Positions 40,495-50,072 are shown, numbered from the stretch's first letter. The stretch: DNA of 64,000 bases from Deltaproteobacteria bacterium (GCA_040218735.1 JAVJQW010000022.1:139901-203900), one strand, 5' to 3'. Made by a program: numbers and translations. The notes: a model not told the origin generated them from the sequence alone.

Positions 40495-40842
40495 ATGAGC
40501 ATCGCACGAGGAGCGCCCCGAGTGGACGTCGAACGGCTGCGGGTCGGGTACGGCGGCGGCGTCCACCGCGTCCGCGGGAACGTCTCCGCGACGGGCGTAG
40601 GCTTCTGGATCGACACCGTGAGCCCGCCGCTCGTGAACGACGCACTCCTCGTCGAGGTCGAGGCCGTCAACGAGGAGCCGGTGCTCGTCCCGGCCCGTGT
40701 GCGGCATGTGCGCTACGACAACACGCGCAAGGCGTACTACGTAGGTGCGGCGTTCGTGCCCACCGACGAGCTCGTCGACGCGTCCCTGTACCGGTACGTC
40801 GAGGAACGCATGTTGTCGTCGCGGACCGGCGTCATCTGCTGA
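40495..40842 (+). CDS. PilZ domain protein
   Basis: RGAPR (RxxxR) and NVSATG (D/NxSxxG); VRHVR...VGAAF. Confidence 0.75.
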   Translation: MSIARGAPRVDVERLRVGYGGGVHRVRGNVSATGVGFWIDTVSPPLVNDALLVEVEAVNEEPVLVPARVRHVRYDNTRKAYYVGAAFVPTDELVDASLYRYVEERMLSSRTGVIC

Positions 40843-40885
40843 CCGTCCTTCGACAAAGCGGTTTTCGTGGGATAGTGGGTGCTGA

Positions 40886-43516
40886 ATGGCCCTCACGTTT
40901 TCTCTGAACGGACACCAGCGCACCGTGGAGGACGTCCCCCAGGGGTCGTCGCTCCTGAACGTGTTGCGCGAGGATCTGGGCCCCGACCGGACCATCTCGC
41001 TCAAGGACGGGTGCGCGCCGCAGGGGCAGTGCGGGTGCTGTCTGGTGTTGATCGACGGCAAGCCGCAGGTGTCGTGCGCGATGCCGGCCGAGAAGGTCGA
41101 CGGCAAGTCGCTGCTGACGCTCGAGGGTGTGCCGCACGAGGAGAAGCGCCTGTACGGCGAGGCGTTCGCGCGCACCGGCGGGTTGCAGTGTGGTTTCTGC
41201 ATCCCGGGCATCGTGCTGCGGGCGAAACACGTCCTCGACAACAACCCGAACCCGACCGACGCGGAGCTCAGGAAGAAGCTCGACGTCCACCTGTGCCGGT
41301 GCACCGGCTACCAGCGGATCATCGAGGCGATTCAGCTGGTGGCGGCGGTGAAGCGCGGGGAGGCGATGCCGCCCGCGGACACGTCGGGGAAGGTCGGGAC
41401 GAACCTGGATCGGTACGAGGGGATCGAGCTCGCGCTCGGCGAGCGGCCGTACGTCGACGACATGTACCCGGAGGGGATGCTGCACGGCGCGGTGCGGTTG
41501 TCGGATCACGCGCGGGCGCGCGTGGTGAAGATCGACGCGACGAAGGCGCTCGCGATGCCCGGCGTGGAGCGCGTGGTGACCTACAAGGACGTGCCGGGGG
41601 ATCGGTTCTACGGGCTGATCGTCCCGGACTGGCCGGGGTTCATCGCGGAGGGCGAGGTCACGCACTGCGTGGGGAGCTTCATCGCGGCGGTGGCGGCGGA
41701 TGACCTACGCACGGCGCGTGCGGCGGCGGCGGCGATCGAGATCGAGTACGAGGTGCTGGAGCCGGTGTTGGATCCGGAGAAGGCGCTCGAAGAGGACGCA
41801 CCGAAGGTGCACCGGCGCGGGAACAAACTGTCGCACTCGCGCATCGAGCGCGGCGATGTGGAGAAGGCGCTCGCGGAGGCGACGCACGTCGCGACGGGGG
41901 TCTACGAGACGCAGCGCATCGAGCACGGTTACCTCGAGCCGGAGAGCGCGCTGGTGGTGCCGCAGGACGGCGGGACGCTGAAGCTCTACTCGCAGGGGCA
42001 GGGCATCTTCGACGACCAGCGGCAGGTGGCTTCGTTCCTCGACATGTCGACGGACCAGGTGCAGGTCGCGCTGGTCCCGAACGGCGGTGCGTTCGGCGGC
42101 AAGGAGGACATGTCCGTGCAGCCGCATGCTGCCTTGCTCGCGAAGGTGACGGGCAAGCCGGTGAAGGTGACGTTGACGCGCGAGCAGTCGATCCGCGTGC
42201 ACCCGAAGCGGCACCCGATCAAGATGTATTACACGGCAGGGTGTGATGCGGACGGTCGAATCCTCGCGATCAAGGCGAAGATGATCGGTGACACCGGCGC
42301 GTACGCGAGCGTGGGCGCGAAGGTGTTGGAGCGCGCGGGTGGGCACGCGTGCGGGCCGTACCGCGTGGACAACGTGTTGGTGGAGGCGACGGCGGCGTAC
42401 ACGAACAACCCGCCGGCCGGGGCGATGCGTGGGTTCGGTGCGAACCAGGCGAACTTCGGGTTGGAGTCGATCATCGATCAGCTCGCGGAGAAGTGCGGCA
42501 AGGACAAGTGGCAGTTCCGCTACGACAACGCGGTGCAGGTCGGGGACATCTTCTCGACGGGGCAGGTGCTGGAGAAGTCGGTCGGGATCAAGAAGACACT
42601 CGAAGCGGTGAAGCCGCACTACGACGACGCCAAGGCGCGCGGGCGCGCGGTGGGGCTCGGGTGTGGGATCAAGAACAGCGGTATCGGCAACGGCGCGTCG
42701 GAGTGGGGCAAGTGCCGGCTGGTCGTCGAGGACGACGGGACGATCTCGCTCTACAACGGCTACACGGAGATGGGTCAGGGGCTCCTGACGATCCTGATTC
42801 AGTTCGCGTGTGACGTGACGGGGCTGTCGCCGGATCTGTTCCGCGCGAAGGTGGACACGACGTTTGCTTTGCAGTGCGGTCAGACGACGGGCTCGCGTGC
42901 GACGTTGTTCGGCGGCAACGCGGTGATCCTCGCGGCGGAGGACATGAAGAAGGCGCTCGAGGCGGTGAACGGGGACTTGGATCAGTTGAAGGGGCGCGTG
43001 TTCGTCGGTGAGTTCCTGTGTAACGACACGGTGCCGCTCGGGGCGCCGGTGGAGAATCCGAAGACACACACCGCGTTCGGGTACGCGACGCAGCTGGTGA
43101 TCCTCGACGAGAAGGGTCAGCTGGAGAAGGTCGTCGCGGCGCACGACGTCGGCAAGGCGATCAACCCGGTGTTGTGCAGCGGGCAGATCGAGGGGTCGCT
43201 GCACATGGGGCTCGGGTACGCGCTGTCCGAGGAGCTGCCGTGCGGTGACGACGGGATGCCCGAGAACATGACGATGCGTGGCCTTGGGATCCTGCGCGCG
43301 CGGCACACGCCGCCGATGGAGATCATCTTGGTCGAGGAGCACGAGCCGGAGGGGCCGTACGGTGCGAAGGGCGTCGGGGAGATCGGCTTGGTGCCGACGG
43401 CCGGCGCGGTGCAGGGTGCGTTGTACGACTTCGACGGCGAGCGCCGCTACGTGCTGCCGATGAAGACGTCGCCGGCGGCGGCGCCGATCGTGGGGCGCCG
43501 CGCTTCGAAGCGATGA
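40886..43516 (+). CDS. Molybdopterin oxidoreductase with fused 2x[2Fe-2S] domain; selenium-dependent xanthine dehydrogenase-like
   Basis: GC...GQCGCC, QCGFC.PG, LCRCTGY; GGAFGGK, AMRGFG, EMGQG, TTGSR, AKGVGEIG. Confidence 0.9.
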   Translation: MALTFSLNGHQRTVEDVPQGSSLLNVLREDLGPDRTISLKDGCAPQGQCGCCLVLIDGKPQVSCAMPAEKVDGKSLLTLEGVPHEEKRLYGEAFARTGGLQCGFCIPGIVLRAKHVLDNNPNPTDAELRKKLDVHLCRCTGYQRIIEAIQLVAAVKRGEAMPPADTSGKVGTNLDRYEGIELALGERPYVDDMYPEGMLHGAVRLSDHARARVVKIDATKALAMPGVERVVTYKDVPGDRFYGLIVPDWPGFIAEGEVTHCVGSFIAAVAADDLRTARAAAAAIEIEYEVLEPVLDPEKALEEDAPKVHRRGNKLSHSRIERGDVEKALAEATHVATGVYETQRIEHGYLEPESALVVPQDGGTLKLYSQGQGIFDDQRQVASFLDMSTDQVQVALVPNGGAFGGKEDMSVQPHAALLAKVTGKPVKVTLTREQSIRVHPKRHPIKMYYTAGCDADGRILAIKAKMIGDTGAYASVGAKVLERAGGHACGPYRVDNVLVEATAAYTNNPPAGAMRGFGANQANFGLESIIDQLAEKCGKDKWQFRYDNAVQVGDIFSTGQVLEKSVGIKKTLEAVKPHYDDAKARGRAVGLGCGIKNSGIGNGASEWGKCRLVVEDDGTISLYNGYTEMGQGLLTILIQFACDVTGLSPDLFRAKVDTTFALQCGQTTGSRATLFGGNAVILAAEDMKKALEAVNGDLDQLKGRVFVGEFLCNDTVPLGAPVENPKTHTAFGYATQLVILDEKGQLEKVVAAHDVGKAINPVLCSGQIEGSLHMGLGYALSEELPCGDDGMPENMTMRGLGILRARHTPPMEIILVEEHEPEGPYGAKGVGEIGLVPTAGAVQGALYDFDGERRYVLPMKTSPAAAPIVGRRASKR

Positions 43517-44154
43517 GCACGTACCGCTCGGCGCTGCTCGCGGGAGCGGAGGCGATGGGGTTGGCGATCTCGGACGAGGTCGCGGACGGGCTGGCGGTGC
43601 ACCACGCGCTCGTCGAGAAGTGGGCGAAGAAGATCAACCTGACGACCGTGGTCGAGCCGACGCGGGCGGCGTCGGTGCACGGGTTGGACTCGCTGCTGTT
43701 CGCGGAGCTGGTGGAGGACGACGGGGGTGTCACGGTGGATGTGGGATCCGGCGGCGGGTTCCCGGGGATCGCGGTGGCGTTGATGCGGCCTTCGCTTTCA
43801 CTGGTGTTGCTGGAGCCGATTCGGAAGCGTGCTTCTTTTCTGCGCACGGTGTTGGCGGAGCTGGGGCTGAAGCAGGTGCGCGTGGTGGAGGGGAAGCTGG
43901 AAGCGGCGCCTTTGCCGGGGCGTATCGCGTGGCCGGTGGACCGGATCGTGTCGCGGGCGACGATCCCGCCGGTGGAGCTGGCGACGCGGGCGGTGAAGCA
44001 CTTGCGGCCGGGTGGGGTGCTGGTGTTGTCGGGGGGGGCGGGGGCGCCTTCGGTGGAGGCGTTGGCGGCGTCGGGGTTGGTGCACGAGGAGCGGCGTAGG
44101 TATGCGCTGCCGGGTGGCGAAGGGCGGGTGCTCGATCGGCTCCGGGCGCAGTAA
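43513..44154 (+). CDS. rsmG: 16S rRNA m7G527 methyltransferase
   Basis: KWAKKINLT, H.LDSL, DVGSGGGFPGI, LLEPIRKRASFL, VSRA. Confidence 0.92.
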   Translation: MSTYRSALLAGAEAMGLAISDEVADGLAVHHALVEKWAKKINLTTVVEPTRAASVHGLDSLLFAELVEDDGGVTVDVGSGGGFPGIAVALMRPSLSLVLLEPIRKRASFLRTVLAELGLKQVRVVEGKLEAAPLPGRIAWPVDRIVSRATIPPVELATRAVKHLRPGGVLVLSGGAGAPSVEALAASGLVHEERRRYALPGGEGRVLDRLRAQ

Positions 44155-44171
44155 TTGGGTGAGTCGGAACC

Positions 44172-45227
44172 TCATTCTCCGTCGTCTCGAGGAGAACGTC
44201 GGGCTTGAACGCCAACGATCGCGTCCTCGCTACGGCTCGTTCGGAGGGGCTGGGTCGTGAGGATCGCTCCGTCTTCAGTCGTTTCACACCGAACGACCGC
44301 GCTCCCATTTTCTGCCGAGCGGCCAATGAGCTCGTACCCATTCTCGTGACTGAGAACATCTGCCCGCTGGAGTGGGCAGTTCGCTCGCTCAACTCGGGAG
44401 GTGATCTCGCCGGTCGAGATATCGATGACGAACAGAGACTGCGGACTCCATACCCAGGCGATGCGATCGTCCGAGGCGACGGCAACGAAATGCACGTCCT
44501 CGGAGAACGAGATGATCTCTCGGGCCCGTATCTCGTCGTTCTGGACCTCGAGCACCTGAACCCCCGGGCGGTTCGAGAGCGGGACCAGGATGCGGCTGGA
44601 CCCCATCGACGGCATTCCGAGCCGATCGTCGGTCGTCCACGCGTCCAACCGCCGCCATTCGGTCCCCGAGCGCCAGAGCTCGACTCGGCCAAACGCCGAG
44701 CCGACCAGGACATCTCTGCCCACCTGAGGTGTCTGCAGGAAGTCCGGCCCGGTGAGCATGACACCGGTGTCGAAGACCTCGTCCCGAGCCTGGATGAGCG
44801 AGCGACCGCTGACCTCGTAGGTGCGCACGCGCTGACCGAACGTGGAGATGACCAGGGGAGATCCGCTTGCATCGACGGTACACGCCTCGATGTCGATGTC
44901 CTCGATCGGCGCACTCACGCTCGTGAGCGTTGCGGTCGATGCTTCGAACACACGAACGCGGCGGTCCTTGGCGTACGTACACGTGAACTCGCCTCGCAGT
45001 CCGAGCCCCCACCGCTCGAGCGCCCGGTTTGTGTTGGACGCGAACAGCCGGCGCCCAGCGTCAGCGGCGCCATCACGTCCGAGCGCAACCAGCTCGATGT
45101 CGGAGTCGGTCCAGCGGACCGCGACGAGCGCCTCGTCGCGACCGGAGGCCGCGTCGCCGGTACACGCGACCATCGACAGTCCGAGGGCGACGAGGCCGCC
45201 GCGGAGGCGTCTACCGTCCGTGCACAA
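44172..45227 (-). CDS. Hypothetical lipoprotein, beta-propeller-like
   Basis: LVALGLSMVAC lipobox; beta-rich; start uncertain. Confidence 0.55.
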   Translation of the reverse strand: MCTDGRRLRGGLVALGLSMVACTGDAASGRDEALVAVRWTDSDIELVALGRDGAADAGRRLFASNTNRALERWGLGLRGEFTCTYAKDRRVRVFEASTATLTSVSAPIEDIDIEACTVDASGSPLVISTFGQRVRTYEVSGRSLIQARDEVFDTGVMLTGPDFLQTPQVGRDVLVGSAFGRVELWRSGTEWRRLDAWTTDDRLGMPSMGSSRILVPLSNRPGVQVLEVQNDEIRAREIISFSEDVHFVAVASDDRIAWVWSPQSLFVIDISTGEITSRVERANCPLQRADVLSHENGYELIGRSAENGSAVVRCETTEDGAILTTQPLRTSRSEDAIVGVQARRSPRDDGE

Positions 45228-45352
45228 GGTACTGCCAATTTAGTCGAGCCCACCCCACCGTGTCTCGGACCGGCGTCCTGACGCCGCCGACGCGCGTCGT
45301 GGATCGGCTGCGGTGGGCGTGAGCCGGGGCCTCGCCGTGGTATCTTCGTTTC

Positions 45353-45568
45353 GTGGAAGCCGACGCTCGCGAGCGCCGGGCGATAGCCCAGCGCGAGGCC
45401 AACGCGCGGGCCGCCGCCCGCGGTGAGCCGCTTCCGTTTCCCAACCCCTGGGACACGCTCGACCCGACGAAGGTCGGCCCCGACGCGACGCCCGAGGAGA
45501 TCACGGCGAGCTACCGGGAGTTTCGTAGGCGATGTCGGACGAAGACGAGGCGGCAGCTTACACTTTAG
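45353..45568 (+). CDS. Small hypothetical protein
   Basis: 71 aa, GC3-biased, PLPFPNPWD motif. Confidence 0.45.
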   Translation: MEADARERRAIAQREANARAAARGEPLPFPNPWDTLDPTKVGPDATPEEITASYREFRRRCRTKTRRQLTL

Positions 45569-45736
45569 ACCATGACGACGCTCCGCTTCGCGGACCGTCT
45601 TGGCACAGCCGTCTGACCGACCGCTTCGCGCTCGGACTCCGTCTAGAAGCGTTCGTCGAGGTGCTGCGGCGCCGGTCCCCATCGCCGACCCATTCGAGCT
45701 CCTTCGGAACAAGCTCGCGAACCGTGCGCTCTAGCG

Positions 45737-46615
45737 CTACTGAAGCTCCGCCTTGGTGACGAGCTTCTTGAGAACTTCGTTTCTGTCGTCGGTCATGACG
45801 AGCTCCTCCATGTCGGAACGATCGACGAGCACCAGACGAAGTCCATGCGTTCGCTTGGTCCGAGCCACGTCGTAGACCGGACCTGTGAACCCCCCTGCGG
45901 CAAAGAAGAACCCGAGCGCACCGGGTCGGTCCTGCACTTTCGTGGCGAACCATCCGACCTCAGGGGTACCGACGGACTTGGTCCAGTTCTTCGCCTCGCA
46001 CAGGATGAACGCGGGTTGCTTGGACCAGAACGGGTCCGTCGATTCGTTGCGGATCGCGACGTCGAGCTCTTCGGCCGGCGTGCGCAGGTTGCGCCCCGCT
46101 TCGAGGAGTCCGGGCACCGAGGTCATGAACATCAGAATGAGCTCTTCGAGACGCCGACCCTTCGCGTGCGCCGAGCCCTCCCCGAGCTTCGACCACAGCT
46201 GGCGGATCAGCGCGTCCGCGACGGGGCGACCGCGCTGTTGGGCGCGCACGGTCTCTCGGATCTGGCTCAGCTTTGCGGTCAGCAGCGTCGGGAGTAGCGG
46301 GTCCTTGACGAGGTAGTCGTAGGCGCCGCCGCGGAACGCGCGGCGGATCGAACCTTCGTCCGCGAATCCTGTCACGAGCAGAACCTTGGCCGTGGAGAAG
46401 CGCGCGGACTCCAGAAGATCGACGCCGTCATCGGGACCCGATCCGCCCTGGAGACGTTTGTCGAGCAGGACGACGTCGAAGTCGCCGGTCTCCCACGTCG
46501 CCTTTGCCTCCGCGCTCGACCCGACGATCGTGCCCACGTAACCCTCGTCGGCGAGGATCTCGGCGTACGTCTCCTGCATCGCAGGATCATCTTCCACGAC
46601 CAGCACGTTGAGCAT
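45737..46615 (-). CDS. Response regulator (REC) fused to an Mrr-like PD-(D/E)xK restriction endonuclease domain
   Basis: REC: VLVVEDD, DVVLLD (phospho-Asp), VTG, YLVK. Nuclease: KGRRLEE, EELDVAI, LCEAKNW..VG, GFFFA..GFT. ATG 46615 lies 10 nt after the kinase stop. Confidence 0.88.
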   Translation of the reverse strand: MLNVLVVEDDPAMQETYAEILADEGYVGTIVGSSAEAKATWETGDFDVVLLDKRLQGGSGPDDGVDLLESARFSTAKVLLVTGFADEGSIRRAFRGGAYDYLVKDPLLPTLLTAKLSQIRETVRAQQRGRPVADALIRQLWSKLGEGSAHAKGRRLEELILMFMTSVPGLLEAGRNLRTPAEELDVAIRNESTDPFWSKQPAFILCEAKNWTKSVGTPEVGWFATKVQDRPGALGFFFAAGGFTGPVYDVARTKRTHGLRLVLVDRSDMEELVMTDDRNEVLKKLVTKAELQ

Positions 46616-46625
46616 GATGGCTACC

Positions 46626-48170
46626 TTACGCCGTCGGCAGCTCGAGGACGAACCTCGCACCACCCAGGCCTGACTCTTCCACTCTCACGGTTCCGCGGTA
46701 CTCGCCACACACGACCTCTTGAAGGAGTGCGAGCCCCTGCCCGGTGCCGTCCGGCACCGTGCTGAACCCTCGCTCGAACACGCGGGTCCGAAGGTCGGGG
46801 TCGACCCCGCGGCCGTCGTCGTCGACGTGAATCACCACGGTGCTGTCCGTCCGATGGCCGGAGACGACGACCGCGACTCGTCCGTCGGGTCGACCGTGGC
46901 GCCGGGCGTTTCGAATGACCTCGGCGAGCGCGTGTACGAGTCGGAGCCTTTGACCGTGGAGCTCCGTCCCGCGGATGGCGTCGAGCGATCGTCCCACGTC
47001 GGAGCCGTTGGCGATCGCGATCGCGTCCTCGACGACCGCGGCCGCATCGAACGTTTGTGGAGGCGATTGGGAGCTCCCGTAGAGCGCGACGAGATCTTCC
47101 ACGAGCTTGAAGGCGCGCTTCACGCCGGTTCGCGCTCGCGCGAGACGCTGGGTTTCGGTCTCGCTCCAGTCGGGCGCGGAGGTCATCTGGTCGAGCGCGA
47201 AGTTTGCTGGGCCCAGCGCGTTCCTGAGCCCGTGCGCCATTGTCTCGACCACCCATTCGGCCGCCCGTCGCTCGGTTCCGGGCACCACGCTCGAGTCGTC
47301 CATGCGCGCCGCCGACGCCTGTTCGAGGAGTGCGCCAAGCACGGCTTGGGCGGGATGGTCGCCGGAGCGGAGCTCCTCGAGGAGGGCCAGCCCTTCCGGC
47401 CAGACTTCGTACTGTTGGAGTTCGGGGTCTGAACTCGTCCACAGGAGCCCCAACCGTTCGAGTCGAAGAATCGACGTCCAGGCGTACGGAAACCATGGCC
47501 CCTCCTCCGCGTCCAGGCCGCCCTGCCAAACGACCATTTGCGGGGTAGCGATGAGGTGCTCGATGGTCGCTCGACTCAATCGCCACGCGTCCTTTGCGCC
47601 GGTTGACTGCAGAAGCTCGTTCGTGAGGATCCAGCGGACGGCATCGCGTCCGGTGAGTCGCGTCAGAACACGTCCTGCCGCGGTCGTGATACCGCGATCC
47701 ATGATGCCGACCTCTTCCGCGTACCGCAGAACGTCGGTGTCTTCGCTCCACTGGTTGACCGTCTGGAGCGCCGCCTCGATCACGGACCACTGGAGTCCAT
47801 CCGGAGGCTCCACGGGCAGGTTGAGCAGAGCGCGCAGGGCGGCGTCGAGGAACCTACGGGCTTCGGCTGGCGCTTCGACGCCCGCGGCCAGGATGCGCCG
47901 GTATACCCTCCGCAGGACGGCCCGCCTCGGTCCCGGGCCCAGCCACTCACGAACGAGGTTCGCGCGCACCTCACTGGGGTCCGGAGGAACGAAGAGCGCA
48001 TTCATGTGCTCTTCCTGCTGCGCTTGCCGAGCCAAGGCGACTCGCTCTTCGACCCCCGCCGTGACTTGCGCGCGGTAGTCGGCCGGCGGCATCACGTCGT
48101 CGAAGTTCGGCCACGCTGTCGTCCGGTGTAGCCCGTCGCGTAGCGCGGATTGCAGCTCGTCCAGCCACAC
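46626..48170 (-). CDS. Soluble histidine kinase with winged-helix-like N-terminal region
   Basis: H-box AHGLRNAL, N-box EVIRNARRHG, G1 DDDGRG, F VFERGFST, G2 GTGQGL, GARF; no TM. Start uncertain (GTG 48170 or ATG 48005); the track ORF to 49001 is antisense to the next gene. Confidence 0.85.
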   Translation of the reverse strand: MWLDELQSALRDGLHRTTAWPNFDDVMPPADYRAQVTAGVEERVALARQAQQEEHMNALFVPPDPSEVRANLVREWLGPGPRRAVLRRVYRRILAAGVEAPAEARRFLDAALRALLNLPVEPPDGLQWSVIEAALQTVNQWSEDTDVLRYAEEVGIMDRGITTAAGRVLTRLTGRDAVRWILTNELLQSTGAKDAWRLSRATIEHLIATPQMVVWQGGLDAEEGPWFPYAWTSILRLERLGLLWTSSDPELQQYEVWPEGLALLEELRSGDHPAQAVLGALLEQASAARMDDSSVVPGTERRAAEWVVETMAHGLRNALGPANFALDQMTSAPDWSETETQRLARARTGVKRAFKLVEDLVALYGSSQSPPQTFDAAAVVEDAIAIANGSDVGRSLDAIRGTELHGQRLRLVHALAEVIRNARRHGRPDGRVAVVVSGHRTDSTVVIHVDDDGRGVDPDLRTRVFERGFSTVPDGTGQGLALLQEVVCGEYRGTVRVEESGLGGARFVLELPTA

Positions 48171-48278
48171 GAGGCGGACGCTACCGCCGCCTGGGGGGAG
48201 AGGCCAGCACTCGAGCGTAGGACTTGCCCTCGCGGTCAGTTGCGCGCGCGCCGGGTCCGGCGGGATTCTCCCCGGTCT

Positions 48279-49076
48279 ATGGCACTCAAAGATCTCACCA
48301 TCGAATCCATGGTCACCATCGTCGGGGCGTGGGTCGACGCGAAGCGCGACCGGCCGGTGATCGAGAAGTATCCGAAGCTGGCGCCGTTCCTCCCGGACCT
48401 CGGCGGGTTGCAAGATGCCTTGCTCTCGGCGGGGCATCGCGAGCCCTCGAATACGTCGGAGGAGCTCGAGCGCGTGCGCGCGGAGCTCAAGGAGCTGGAC
48501 CGCCGGCACGACGCGGTCGTGCGCGGCATCGACCAGGTGCTCGCGGGGCTGTCGCAGCTCGCGGCGAAGGAGTCCACGGCGTCGACGCTGGAGCGCCTGC
48601 GCGAGACGTTGCTCCCGGAGGGCCGGCGCGTGGTCACGTGGAGTATGCGACGGCAGGGCGGCGCCGCGGAGCGCGCGGCCTCGCGGCTGACGTCGGCCCA
48701 GAAGAAGGCGCTGCGCGAGATGAAGATCCCGGGCGGGACGCTGATGGGCTTCTTCAACGAGCGCGTGACGCTCGCGCGGAAGTTGGTCGAGCTGGACCGC
48801 CAGCGCGTCGCGCTGTTGGCGGCCCTGGACGGCGACGGACCGACGATCGCGAACTACGACGCGACGCTGAAGTTCGTGCGCACCGTGGGGTTGTTCGTGT
48901 CGATCGCCGAGGTGAGCGACATGGAGGACGCGGACCGGGAGCGGTTGCTCGGCGACCTGGAGGCGGCGCTGGAGAACGCGGAGGCGCGGCGGTCGGCGCA
49001 CGTGGAGCGGGCGATCGAGGAGGCGCTGGAGGACCTGGACGCGTCGGCGGAGGCCCAGCCGGCGGGGGATGCTTAG
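48279..49076 (+). CDS. Helical hypothetical protein
   Basis: From ATG 48279: MALKDLTIESMVTIVGAWV...; host-like codons; 265 aa. Confidence 0.75.
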   Translation: MALKDLTIESMVTIVGAWVDAKRDRPVIEKYPKLAPFLPDLGGLQDALLSAGHREPSNTSEELERVRAELKELDRRHDAVVRGIDQVLAGLSQLAAKESTASTLERLRETLLPEGRRVVTWSMRRQGGAAERAASRLTSAQKKALREMKIPGGTLMGFFNERVTLARKLVELDRQRVALLAALDGDGPTIANYDATLKFVRTVGLFVSIAEVSDMEDADRERLLGDLEAALENAEARRSAHVERAIEEALEDLDASAEAQPAGDA

Positions 49077-49082
49077 CCGGGG

Positions 49083-49319
49083 TCAGCCTGCTTGTCGAAG
49101 ATGAAAGACCGGGGCGGTTGCGATCGGCTTCCGTCCGCCGTCCTGAAGTAGTCGTTCGATCCGTTCGACCGTCTCCGGCTCGAACTCCACGTCGCCACAG
49201 CTGTCGCAGACGAGCGCCGGGACGTCGTCGATGACGATCAGCTCGCCACCAGGTCGAACGGTGTGGGGCACGAGCTTGCGGTCGTAGGCTCCCGGACAAT
49301 CGTTGATAGAGCACTTCAT
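49083..49319 (-). CDS. YgiT-type zinc finger protein (MqsA-like antitoxin domain)
   Basis: MKCSINDC...LIVIDDVPALVCDSCGDVEF.PETVERIERLL; 78 aa. Confidence 0.85.
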   Translation of the reverse strand: MKCSINDCPGAYDRKLVPHTVRPGGELIVIDDVPALVCDSCGDVEFEPETVERIERLLQDGGRKPIATAPVFHLRQAG

Positions 49320-49390
49320 CTGCGACCTCGCTGCGTTGGCGTCAACCACTTCGGAGCGGAGGGTACAACGACGCGACGCTGTGGTTCGCG
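49316..49390 (-). pseudogene. 3' remnant of a DUF4258-like toxin gene
   Basis: Reads ...VVVPSAPKWLTPTQRGRR*, whose TGA overlaps the YgiT ATG (ATGA); no start upstream. Confidence 0.55.
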
Positions 49391-49596
49391 CGGCGCCGAG
49401 GTGAGCGAGATGGAGGGCGCGGACCGGGACCGCGTGCTCTCGGACCTGGAGTCGGCGCTGGAGAACGCGGAGGCGCGGCGGTCGGCGCAGGTGGAGCGGG
49501 CGATCGTGTAGGGGTTGGAGGACCTGGAGGCTTCCGTGGAGGCCCAGCCGCCGGATGATCGGTTGGCAGCGCCTTAGCGGGTGCCGTGAAAGGGGG

Positions 49597-49730
49597 TTCG
49601 GAGGCTGTGACAGGCTCAAGATTGGGTTTGAAATCCGATTTGGAGTCTGTCGGAGGGTCGAGATTGGGTTTGAAACCCGATTCGGAGGCTCTCGGAGGGT
49701 CGGATCTGGGTTTGAAACCGGATTTGGAGC
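49597..49730. repeat. 42-bp tandem repeat, about 3 units, palindromic core GGGTTT-G-AAACCC
   Basis: Units start at 49616, 49658 and 49700; partial unit from 49597. Confidence 0.85.
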
Positions 49731-50072
49731 CTACGCGGACTCGACTTCGGCCTCGCCGACGCGCGCCTCCAGGTCGCCGAGGGTGTCGCGCATCTGTTCG
49801 CGTGCGGACTCAAGGACCCGTCGCTCGACCTGGTCCTGGACGACCGCCAGTGGCACCAGGCGGCTGTCCCGCGATCCTTGATGCTCCTGGATGGTTCGAT
49901 TGGCTCAGCGACTCGAGGCGTTTGGGCATCCTATCCGCCCGGTGAGCCGCCGGCTTGGCTCGCGAGTCGCTTCTTCGCGGATACGGCCGCTGCCCTCGCT
50001 TCTGCATCGCGCAGGCGCTACCCGTGGGCGATCAGCCTGTCATGGGGGCTCGGGCGAGCACGTCTCGCCACC

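Larger units (their letters stand above)
48905..49550 (+). repeat. 157-bp diverged direct repeat (48905-49061 and 49394-49550)
   Basis: Manual alignment: 18 mismatches, no indels; the second copy has an in-frame TAG at 49509-49511. Confidence 0.9.

Noticed and set aside
40886-43516. Selenocysteine recoding in the xanthine-dehydrogenase-like gene
   Set aside because: No in-frame TGA; the ORF is continuous.
48905-49550. Diversity-generating retroelement TR/VR pair
   Set aside because: The 18 mismatches are not adenine-specific and there is no reverse transcriptase in the window.
49597-49730. Mini-CRISPR (GTTTGAAAC resembles a repeat end)
   Set aside because: The sequences between cores are similar to each other, so this is a tandem repeat without spacers.
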